Shown here piece after piece: positions 23,595 to 33,055 of a DNA stretch of 33,678 bases. The stretch comes from Octopus bimaculoides. Lineage: Eukaryota. The stretch spans positions 46,816,819-46,850,496 of the forward strand of contig NC_068998.1 of assembly GCF_001194135.2 (NCBI RefSeq). The letters run 5' to 3'. The position numbers and the translations under genes were made by a program. Each line of letters begins with the position of its first letter. Within the stretch, counting starts at the first letter, position 1. Under the pieces are notes generated by a model, which was not told the DNA's origin, searched no databases, and saw only the letters and a list, made by a program, of their open reading frames with translations.

Positions 23595-23935
23595 AACGGG
23601 CAATGACCCCTCTCGGTAATGAATGGCCATGGGATTGAACCTGGAAAGTTACCCTCCGAGGCACAAGTCCGGATAAGGTTATTTATGGAAGACCAGCAGT
23701 CGCCCATGCATACCGGTCACCCTTCTCCATGTCACCGATGTTATCCAAGGGAAAGGCAAAGGGGCCGATACAGCTTGGCACCAGTGACGTCGCAACTCAT
23801 TTCTACAGCTGAGGGAACTGGAACAACGTAAAACAAAGTGTCTTGCTCAAGAACACAACACACAGTCCAGTCCGAGAATCGAACTCACAACCTCATGATT
23901 GTGAGCCCGACACTCTAACCACAGAGCCATGTAAC
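23595..23935 (-). mobile_element. tRNA-derived SINE family C (CORE/V-like central segment), near full length
   Basis: Minus strand head TGGCTCTGTGGTTAGAGTGTCGGGCTCACAATCATGAGGTTGTGAGTTCGATTCTCGG (A and B boxes), then GTTGTGTTCTTGAGCAAGACACTTT and a long 3' region. Confidence 0.85.
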
Positions 23936-23974
23936 GTTTAAGTAATCTTTCTTTCTTGGTTCAATATTTAATTT

Positions 23975-24160
23975 TTTTCTTTTACATGTTTAAGTCATTG
24001 AACTTGCAGTCATGATGGGGTTACTGCCTTGAAGGTCTAGTAGGACAAATCAACCTCAGTACTTAAAGATACTTATTCTATCGGTCTCTACTACCGAACT
24101 GCAAGTTAAGGGGACATGGGTAAATAAACACTGGTTATTAAGCAAATGTGGGGGTCAAAC
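23975..24160 (-). mobile_element. 3' half of long-form SINE A (5'-truncated)
   Basis: The reverse complement matches 31120-31270 (TAACTTGCAGTTCGG..GACCGATAGAATAAGTA..GAAGGCAGTAACCCCATCATGACTGCAAG). Confidence 0.75.
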
Positions 24161-24240
24161 ACAGATTTACTCCATTCCTCAGAGAAATTGAGGGCTACAG
24201 TGCACCTTAATTTTGCGGCATTTGAAATTCTAATTAATTT

Positions 24241-24500
24241 ATGAACAGCTATTCTACAGCTCTATATTTAAGAGATGAGGAATTATGTACATTATTTACG
24301 TTTGACGGATATTTGTCCTCATCTTGTTTGTTGTTAACCCAATGTTTTGGCTGATATACCCTCCAGCCTTCATCAGATGTCTTGGGGAAATTTCGAACCT
24401 GGGTTCTCATTCCTAAGGTATTCTTCGATGTTTTTATTATATTATAACAAACAAGACGAGGACAAATATCCGTCAAATGTAAATAATGAACAGCTATTCT
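24241..24500 (-). mobile_element. Penelope-like element terminus with inverted tail and two tandem HHR-like motifs
   Basis: 43-bp inverted repeat 24290-24332/24446-24488 (2 mismatches). 15-bp direct repeat ATGAACAGCTATTCT at 24241-55 and 24486-500. Minus-strand CTGATGA at 24376-70 with GGCTG..CAGCC stem. Confidence 0.7.
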
Positions 24501-25037
24501 GCTATAAATATAACCATAATATTTAAATACACGTTGCATGTCTCTCTACTTTGAGGGACCCCTCCTCCCTCGGTTCCACTCAGCACCATCTACGGAGTCC
24601 TGGTCACGTGGAAATGACGCTAAAGTTTTGACAGGCGTGCTACCAATTCTGCCAGCTTTATGTTCTGAGTTCATAGACTATGCTGAGCAGAATATCTTCT
24701 TTAATCAAGACAAGTGAAATATGAGAGAATATTCCGTTGTTATTTCTTGCAGATCGAGAGCGCATCTCTCACAGCGTGAATCATTTCTGCAATATATTAT
24801 ATGATATAGCAACAATTATATGTGAGTTCTGTGACATTTATTATGATTTATCTATTTATAAATTCAAGATTACTAATTATCTGTTTTAATTTATTCCTTA
24901 TGCGCACCTGTGATAAGATTTGACATTAATATTTATAGGAGAAAGGAATATTATATTCGAGTAACATGTTTAATTGAAATTGACATGCACACATGTGATA
25001 TTGTGATCTCTATCATAATTTTCTTTTGAGCTTATAT

Positions 25038-25084
25038 TGGTTTCGGTCATTAGATTGCGGCCATGATGGGGCACCACCTTCAAA
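25038..25084 (-). mobile_element. Short 3' tail fragment of long-form SINE A
   Basis: TTTCGGTCATTAGATTGCGGCCATGATGGGGCACCACCTTCAA is the reverse complement of the tail seen at about 31215-31260. Confidence 0.65.
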
Positions 25085-25459
25085 CCTTTAATCATATTCC
25101 TCGCAGGAATTACGATACCAAACTTTAACGCACGCACAGATATCCTCACATACACATACAAACACGCATGCACACACGCACACACACTCACGCACACACA
25201 TCAGCCTTTCACGTCCGCTTTTCCAAGATAGAATTGGCATTGGTTGGATGCCTCTTCAAAGGCAATACTTTACAACTCGATGTTTTTCCTGTTGCAAATA
25301 CTTTTAGTCGCCTTTATGCCACTCAAAAACGTAACGTGATTTTTCCAAAACGTAAACACTCACAATACGTTTATGTATGTATGTATTTATGTATGTATAC
25401 ATGCACGCATGTATGCGTGTGTATGTATGTATGTTCATGTGTATATATATATATATACA

Positions 25460-25540
25460 TATATGTGTATGTACACGTATGTACATATGTGTATGTACAT
25501 ATGTGTATGTACATATGTGTATGTACACGTATGTGTATAT
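25460..25540. repeat. 14-bp minisatellite (ATATGTGTATGTAC-like) x about 5
   Basis: Visible tandem units. Confidence 0.75.
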
Positions 25541-25552
25541 ATGTGGTGTGTT

Positions 25553-26320
25553 TAGCCTGACTGACTCAGGATCTGATGATGGTAATTAGAAAAAAACCCT
25601 TAGAATCTCATCTCCCACCCACTGCAATAATAACCCCATCTTTTAGGGGCAGAGATTATAAACTGCCATGATATGTCTACCTTACATAAGAAACAGAAAC
25701 ATGCAGAATATCCGCAATTCATAGACCAGGACAATATTCAAAAGCAAGTGTTTCCCTTTTGGGACATCTCCTCCGAACAAGATTTTCCTTATAAGAGAAC
25801 ATTATTAGAAATATGTGTATATTTGATCCCATTAGTTGTGGCTGTGAGTGTAAAGACAGGACCAGTTATTCCCCAAGAGTAAAGTTTGCTACAGGAACAC
25901 CATCGAGCTGTAATTCGATGTGCAGACAGAGGAATCAGAATATGGTCGATTATTTATAAAAGGAAAAGGAAGCCATCAACTTTAGTGGAACAAATTCAAG
26001 ATAAGAGGGTACAACGCTGGAAGATATGGTGACTGGAAGGATCAGCACATATCCTGCGTCTCGGTAATCTTTCTCAGTTGATCTAGCATAGAGATGAACA
26101 CCATTTTTTAATTAAAGCGATAATTAAATAATTAGAGTTTTTAATTAGGATAGACGATTAAACCGTCGAAAAGAAAATTGCATGTAAAGCTGCTAATTGC
26201 CATTCCCTAACAGTCATACTGGATACAGGGATAGTGTAAATTAAAAAAATGATTTAATAGTATATGAAGCACTTTCGTTACCAAGTGACTAGGTGTTCAA
26301 TCCCTGAGTCAGTCAAGCTA
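25553..26320. mobile_element. Putative TIR-bounded non-autonomous DNA element (about 770 bp), unclassified
   Basis: TAGCCTGACTGACTCAGG (25553-70) versus CCTGAGTCAGTCAAGCTA (26303-20): 17 of 18 inverted match with terminal TA. Confidence 0.5.
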
Positions 26321-26431
26321 TATATATATATATATATATATATCCTTTCCTGAGTGTCCAATAACACCGTACTTATTCCATGTCTTTGCGTTGTTGTTTT
26401 TTCGTGTTTTTTCTTGCTTGTTCATGTTTGG

Positions 26432-26474
<43 letters not shown>

Positions 26475-26482
26475 GAGAATGT

Positions 26483-26700
26483 ATGTCTGTGTGTCTGTGT
26501 GTCTGTGTCTGTGTGTCTGCGCCTCTGTGTCTGTGTGAATCTCTAAAACTCCAGAACTACACAACCAATTTCATTCAAATTTTACACACACCTTACTTAG
26601 GGTCCCGGTTGTCTTTTAGTCAAAACAAATTTTTTACTTCTTGCATAGTTCGAGCCCACAGCAACATAATATCTCCTCCACTATTAATTTTCATACTCAA
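26483..26700 (+). mobile_element. DINE/HINE-like (Helentron-associated) repeat fragment
   Basis: A (GTCT/GTGT)n tract followed by AACTACACAACCAATTTCATTCAAATTTTTACACA, the arrangement typical of DINE-1-like elements. Terminal hairpins were not confirmed. Confidence 0.4.
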
Positions 26701-26879
26701 TCTACTACAGTGAAACTATACTCTCACATATACATACATCTCACATATATACACGCATACATACATATATACATACGTATAGTTAATTTACACTGCATGC
26801 AAAAATACAGACATCCTATATAGGGTACGGTATTAAACACACCCACACAAACATCTACACATACATATACATACCTGAC

Positions 26880-27242
26880 GAATGAAAGAATTGCAGCAAA
26901 ATGTATGCCTCGCTTGCTTACGAAGATCAAAAGCAGTCACGACTGAATGCGTGTCGCGAACTAAAAGAACAGTTGGACGTTGATCCGGACTTTTTTTTCC
27001 GAAGGTCATCACTGGCGACGAAAGCTGGTGCTACGGAATTTTCAGATGTGGAAGAGGTGAAGAAAAAAAGGCGTCACTTTGCAAGAGTTCTAGGACTGTT
27101 TTGAACAGTGGGAAATGCGTCTGGACCGATGCATTGATTCAAATGGAGAATAATTTGAAAGCGATAAAAGTGTAAACATGTAAAACTAAGTGAACAAAAT
27201 AATATTGCAAAATTCCGGTTTCTTTTTTGGTATACTCTCGTA
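26880..27242 (+). mobile_element. Internally deleted mariner transposon, 3' part with terminal TIR
   Basis: Mosaic translation: ..PRLL(T)EDQKQSRLNACRELKEQLDVDPDFF(S)KVITGDESWCYG fused directly to the C-terminal FSDVEEVKK..DCFEQW..RLDRCIDSNGE. The element ends TTTTTGGTATACTCTCGTA. Confidence 0.85.
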
Positions 27243-27819
27243 CACTCCATGCCTTAAACTGATGACAATTCGAACTCTACCTCACCCTACTACTCTCTCC
27301 TCTCTTTCTTTCTCTTATTCGTTCACATACCTCATCGACCACTTCCGGCCACTGATTACACAACAACAAAATCCACGCCATTTTCTATTCTTCTCTACGC
27401 TCAGCAAGTAAAGTCGGCGGGGTTCATTCTCTTGATATCAAATGCTCCCAATCTTTGGTAAATGAAGACGAGAAGGTTCAGAAGAGATTTTATCTTGTAT
27501 ACGAAACCAAACAGCTCTGTTATTATATATTTTTTTAACATTGAGGTTATCATCCTTGATTGCTGCATTAAATTTTAAAACCCGTTGGGCGTTTCTGTCG
27601 TCTAATTGCAAGGATAACTATTATTAATGGAAGTTTTCCAAATTAGTACATTAAACATGGGAAAAGCTACATACACACACACATTCACACACTCAAATGT
27701 ACACAAATACGCGCACACATACACACACACACTCAAATGCACTCACACACATACATACACACACGTTTATGCTTTTGCATGCCAGAAAATTTTACCGAGC
27801 ACTCTCTTACACCAACGGT

Positions 27820-27935
27820 AGCAATATCACCGCCATAGCGATCACCACCGCTGCCACTAAAACCACCACCACCAACAACAACAACAACAACAACAACAGC
27901 AAAAGCAACAACAATAGCGCCATCACCAACATTAA
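27820..27935. repeat. (ACC)/(AAC)n trinucleotide repeat
   Basis: Directly visible. Confidence 0.9.
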
Positions 27936-28550
27936 CAATATTCATTATTCATATTTCAACTTTGATTCACAGCTGTTAAAAATATAAACCGCTAACTTCA
28001 GAATTACATGGAAGTTCTTCAGCTGTTGTGTGTATATATATNNNNNNNNNNNNNNNNNNNNNNNNNNNNNNNNNNNNNNNNNNNNNNNNNNNNNNNNNNN
28101 NNNNNNNNNNNNNNNNNNNNNNNNNNNNNNNNNNNNNNNNNNNNNNNNNNNNNNNNNNNNNNNNNNNNNNNNNNTATATATATATATATATATACGCATG
28201 TATGTATGTATATATATATATATATATATGTGTGTATGTGTGCACACACGCGCATGGTATATATTAATGATTGCGTGTGTATGTGTTTGTGCATGTATAC
28301 ATGTTTTGGTGGTAGATTTGTGAGAATCAATAATCAATTGTTCAGATATAAAATATATAGAAAAACAACTTTAACAATATTTACCTTTTATTCGTGCCCC
28401 ACCCCGCCACCACTCTGACTTACTTAATTTTCCCATATTTTCAATATATTTACTGTATTTTATCCTAAGTTACTTAGCTGGATCTATCTTGACTTATCGT
28501 TTATTTTTACCTTTCTTAGACATACGCGGAAAACACTGGAAAATGTTTCG

Positions 28551-28612
28551 GTCCCGGCTGATGAGATACACCCTAAACTAACACATCGAAATATTAGTGT
28601 ACGTCCCGGATT
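28551..28612 (+). ncRNA. Type I hammerhead ribozyme candidate
   Basis: CCGG (28554-57), CTGATGA (28558-64), GAT..ATC stem II, GAAA (28588-91), TAT-TAGTGT-ACG, TC (28604-05; GUC triplet), CCGG (28606-09). All core bases are intact. Stem III has a T.G wobble and an A.C mismatch. Confidence 0.65.
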
Positions 28613-29128
28613 AAGGTAATATATAACCATATCTGCTCTCTGTGATGTATTCTATATTTTCCCTTCCCGTTTCATTTTGCTATTTCGATATTTTTGTCCG
28701 TGTTTTCAATAATTTTTTAAAGTTATTACAAAGAAAATAATGCTTTATCTTTTGATTATTGAAGATGTGTAAAGTGAATTTGTTAACCTCATATATCACG
28801 ACTGAGTTCGTTTGAATATTTTAAGCTTATGTAATTTCGCAGCTGAGGACTTGTGAGAGGCTTTCAACAACTTTTAGCTGTTCATATATAATGCATTCGA
28901 AATATTCTCATCTTTGGTTTCGTTCAATTAATGTCGACCTGTCCGAACTTTAATGCGTTATAGATTATTGTAGTATATGCATGTATATATATATATGTAT
29001 GTGTATGTCTGTGTGCATATACATACACATATACACACATACATATATAATCACATTCACAAACAGACACACGCATATATTCATACAAATATATGTGTGT
29101 GGGTGTCTGCTCATTTTTGCATATATAA

Positions 29129-29290
29129 GCGCAGGAGTGATTCTGTGGTAAGAAGCTTGCTTACCAACCACATGGTTCTGGGTTCAGTCCCACTGCATGA
29201 CACATTGGGCAAGTGTCTCCTACTATAGTTTCGAGCCGACCAAAGCCTTCTGAGTGGGTGTGGTAGACAGAAACTGAAAGAAGCCCGTCG
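29129..29290 (+). mobile_element. SINE family A, short form
   Basis: GCGCAGGAGTGATTCTGTGGTAAG..GGGTTCAGTCCCA..TTGGGCAAGTGTCTCCTACTATAG..GAAACTGAAAGAAGCCCGTCG followed by a (TA)n tail. Confidence 0.92.
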
Positions 29291-29319
29291 TATATATATA
29301 TATATATATATATCCCCGT

Positions 29320-30040
29320 CACTCATGGGTTTTAATTTTTAATAACTTCCTTGACTTTACAAATAAATGCCTGAAATTTTGATACAATATAAAGGACATA
29401 ATGGAAATTAATAGGCATAAATCAAATTTTGCAACACCACTACATCACATATGAAAAATGACATCGCTTAAATGGCAGCCATTTTCGACTTCACACGTCC
29501 GTGCTCTTTCTAAAACTTGCACCACAACACCCTCAAGAGTCTCAGACCCCACTTCTCTGATTTCTCTATTGATGTTCTCCTTCAGTTGCACCAGGGTCTC
29601 CAGTTTGTTGACGTAAACCCTCTCTCTCAAGTATCCCCACAAGAGAAAATCCTGGCTAGTCAACTCTGGGGAACGTGGAGGCCAGTTGATATTGCCGTAG
29701 CGGGATAATATTCTTTCCCCAAAGCATTGCCGTAGCAACTACATTGCTTCTCTTGTGGTATAAGCAGTTGCCCCATCTTTCTGAAACCATGAGTGAGGTC
29801 TACTTTGAATAGCCAACTGCTGTGTTAGAGCTTTTTTCAGTAATAGTGTCTTCGTCGGCTGTTTTCATATATTTCGGAGAAACTACGAATGATGTTGAAC
29901 TCTTGGCGATAACAAATGTTGTAAGAAATAGATAAGCTGTTTTGTAACGTAGCAGGTCACGTAGTTGAAATGGAAGATATAAGAATTCCAAAGATACCAC
30001 AAAAGTGTTGCCTGATCGAAAGAAGAACAACGCACTCAGA
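29320..30040 (-). mobile_element. Internally deleted DD41D (rosa/Visitor-type) transposon
   Basis: WFQKDGATAYTTREAM*LLRQCFGERILSRYGNINWPPRSPELTSQDFLLWGYLRERVY: I count 41 residues between D (29777-75) and the QD aspartate. The first catalytic D region is absent. Confidence 0.85.
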
Positions 30041-30080
30041 GTGAGCTATGGAACTACTGGATTTCATAAAGTGTCATATT

Positions 30081-30130
30081 TCACTTTTTTCAGTCACTGG
30101 ACGGTGGCCATGCTGGGGCATCACTTTGAA
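30081..30130 (-). mobile_element. Short 3' tail fragment of long-form SINE A
   Basis: TTTCAGTCACTGGACGGTGGCCATGCTGGGGCATCACTTTGAA. Confidence 0.65.
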
Positions 30131-30364
30131 TAAGCAAATGAAGAGGAATTTCGAAGAGAATCGCATCATTGTTCCCATTACTCCACTGCCCTCGGTCCGT
30201 CTTTAGACAATTCCAATGCCATAAAAATTTATCTATGAACAGAGGTTGCTTCTTCGTCGTATAACCTTTCTCTATTTTGGGTAAATACAATGTTGTGAGC
30301 CATCACTCATGACCTTTATCGCAACAGAATGTTCTACCTATCCCTTTATTTGTGTGTGAATGGA

Positions 30365-30512
30365 CCCCGATATTTAAGTGGTACTTTATTTATCGACCCC
30401 GGAAAGATAAAAGGCAAACTTGATCCCAACAGGATTCGAACTCAAGGAACAGTGAGCCGCAACAAATAATAGAAAATATTCTATCCGATGCTCTAATGAT
30501 TCTGCCAGTTCG
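30365..30512 (-). mobile_element. SINE family B, diverged
   Basis: GGTACTTTATTTATCGACCCCGGAAAGATAAAAGGCAAACTTGA..ATTCGAACTC..TAATGATTCTGCCAGTTCG. Confidence 0.8.
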
Positions 30513-30836
30513 TAATTATCCTTCGGGTACATGAGGCCTTAATCACATGCAGCAGCTGTTGCATAAGTCTTTAATCACACAATTACAGCAAGAGTTGCTG
30601 GTCTTTAGTTATACAATTATACCATGGTTTATACGAGCCTTTCATCTCAAAATTACACCAGGTGTAGTATAAATTTTTAATCATATGATTATGGCATGAA
30701 TTCTATGATATAAAACTTTTAAACCAAAGAAATACGTGGAGAAAAGTCGGAAACTAATTTCCATCGGTTTTACCATTTCTTTGAGATAAAATTAATTTTT
30801 AGAATAGGTACAACGCCCTGTAATTTGGGTGAACGT

Positions 30837-31001
30837 GAGCATGAGTGGCTGTGTGGTAAGACGCTTGCTTCTCAACCACATGGTTGTGGGTTCGGTCCTA
30901 TTGCGTGGCACCTTGGACAAATGTCTTCTATGTCTTCTTTGGGCCAACCAAAGTCTTGTGAGTAGATTCGGTAAACGGAAACTGAAAAGTCTCCCGCTGT
31001 G

Positions 31002-31043
<42 letters not shown>

Positions 31044-31270
31044 CGTGTGTGTGTCTTTGTGTCTGTGTCTGTCCTCCATCGCTACTTGGCAACTGGGGAC
31101 TTAAACCGGTGTTTAAGTCCCCGTAAATTAGCGGTACGGCAAAGGACACCGATAGAATATAAAGACCTAGCTTTAAATAACGGACAGAGGTCAGTTCATT
31201 AGAACAAAAATTCTTGAAGGCGGCGCCCCAGTATGGCCAGAGTCTAATGACTGAAAGAAGTAAAAGAAGA
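30837..31270 (+). mobile_element. SINE family A, long composite form
   Basis: Family A monomer (30837-31000), a TA/TG microsatellite linker, and a second unit ending GAAGGCGGCGCCCCAGTATGGCCAGAGTCTAATGACTGAAAGAAGTAAAAGA. Confidence 0.85.
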
Positions 31271-31505
31271 TAGGTAAATGGGTCCCAGCTTTAGTAATTT
31301 ATTTTATTGCTCCCGGAAGGAAGAAGGTCTAAATGTACTCCACAGACATTTCAATTCAAAATGACCCGAAGATTCCCCATGAAATACCACAGTATATTCA
31401 ACCGTGGGTGTCATCCGCTCTACCAATTGGCAATACTTTTCGGAAACGAAAACACGTACAAAGTAACAACAACAATATTTGGCAAAGCTCTCATACATTC
31501 GCATA

Positions 31506-31513
<8 letters not shown>

Positions 31514-31601
<88 letters not shown>

Positions 31602-31605
31602 CACT
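31514..31605. repeat. (CA)n microsatellite
   Basis: About 40 near-perfect units. Confidence 0.97.
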
Positions 31606-31659
31606 CATATATATTCTTTTCTACTCTAGACACAAGGCCCGAAATTTTTGTGGCGGCAC

Positions 31660-31740
31660 ACCGGGAAAAATGCATAGTTACATTTCGACTATCTTTACGT
31701 TCTGAGATCAAATTCCACCGAGGTCGGTTTTGCCTTTTGA
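31660..31740 (+). mobile_element. SINE family B, partial
   Basis: CATTTCGACTATCTTTACGTTCTGAGATCAAATTCCACCGAGGTCGGTTTTGCCTTT. Confidence 0.75.
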
Positions 31741-32861
31741 GCTAAGCACTCATCTACCATTCTGCGCAACTTCTCAGAAACGAAAACATTTGCAAAGTAA
31801 GAACAACAACATTTCGCAATGCTCGCATACACACACATATGCACACACACAAACACACATGCATATAACGCCCCTATCCCGAAATTGCTGGCCTTGTGCC
31901 AAAATTTGAAACCAATATATACTTAAAGGATGATTCAGCTGCTATTCCTAGCAGGTCAAACTACCACATTGAGACCAGGTTATTGGTTCGGTACATCAAG
32001 ATTATGGCTACGGATATGATTCACGAAATTACGATGAGGCTTTCTTTGTTAACGACCATAGCAACATTTATTGCTGTGCGTCTAGAGATTTAAATGTATT
32101 AGAGGAGGAGTTTATGAGTGAACAAACAATACAATAGCTTCATTAGATTTGTGTTTGATACAAAATAGTCTTTGTTCAATTTAAATACTTTAGTTTTATC
32201 TGTAATTTTTTTTTAGAGCTTGCAGTAGAAGGAGGCAGAAATTTGCAACTCACTCAGCCTAACATATTTACACTCACACACATATATACATGTATTAATG
32301 TTTGTTTTAATGTCAAGTTAGATATAAAAACAGTTTAGCAATAAACTGAATGATTACGCAATAATTTTTAACAGAGTAAATTAAATTTTTACAAGAGAAA
32401 GATTGATAGCGACTTCGAAATTTTAACTTGTTCGTCTTTGTCTTATGGAGGTAACCAGACTGAAACTTCTAACTCACTGTCAACGGTTTCCATGCTAAAG
32501 GTTGTTATATATATCATTAATAATATCAGGGTAATAAGAAATATTAGAAATTTCTACTACCAGTTCCTAGCGTGTAAAAAAAATTAGTTAATAGACTATA
32601 TATTATTCATATAAATATAGTGTACATTTAAACACATAAGAGGTATCTCTCATAGGATATCCTATGACATATACCTCTTATGTGTTTAAACGTACACTGC
32701 ATTTATATGTATATATATATATGCATATATATATATATTTTATATATATATATATTATATATATATATATATATACGAGTATATAAAAATAAGCAACAAG
32801 TTAATGCTGTACGATCGCTTCATGCGACTCCGTTTATTTAAACAATGTGAACATTACATCA

Positions 32862-32894
<33 letters not shown>

Positions 32895-32897
<3 letters not shown>

Positions 32898-33055
32898 TTC
32901 TCCGTGTTTTTCTCCTTGTCTCCGTATTCTTTCTTTTGAAGAGCGTAGCTCGAAACGTCAAAGACTTTCCGTATTCCCGAGCGTCATACTAATATATACT
33001 TTTGTTATTTACACCACCTGTCCTCGTCTGTTGTTATTTTTTGTATATTCTCCCA
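32895..33055 (+). mobile_element. Short (TA)n-embedded element carrying a minimal HHR-like motif (Penelope-derived or retrozyme-like?)
   Basis: About 160 bp between two (TA)n runs. Contains TCTTT-TGAAGAGC-GTA-GCTC-GAAA-CG-TC-AAAGA (32932-32964). Confidence 0.5.

Larger units (their letters stand above)
950..28174. other. Assembly gaps (11 N-runs, not one feature)
   Basis: Approximately 950-985, 2556-2835, 4733-5002, 8388-8664, 10541-11187, 12315-12407, 17328-17572, 18934-19218, 19676-19685, 22953-22962, 28042-28174. Most are flanked by microsatellites. Confidence 0.98.

Noticed and set aside
23860-23935. tRNA gene
   Set aside because: A/B boxes belong to a SINE head with no complete cloverleaf. 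The same applies to the family A and B heads.
25573-25592. CTGATGA...GAAA as a hammerhead
   Set aside because: No GC-closed stem II and no stem I or III pairing.
25673-26060. Assignable protein domain inside the TIR element
   Set aside because: All frames I read contain stops and I recognise no motif. Left unassigned pending a profile search.
27259-27275. CTGATGACAATTCGAAC as a hammerhead
   Set aside because: C-C at the stem II closing position, GAAC instead of GAAA, and no stems.
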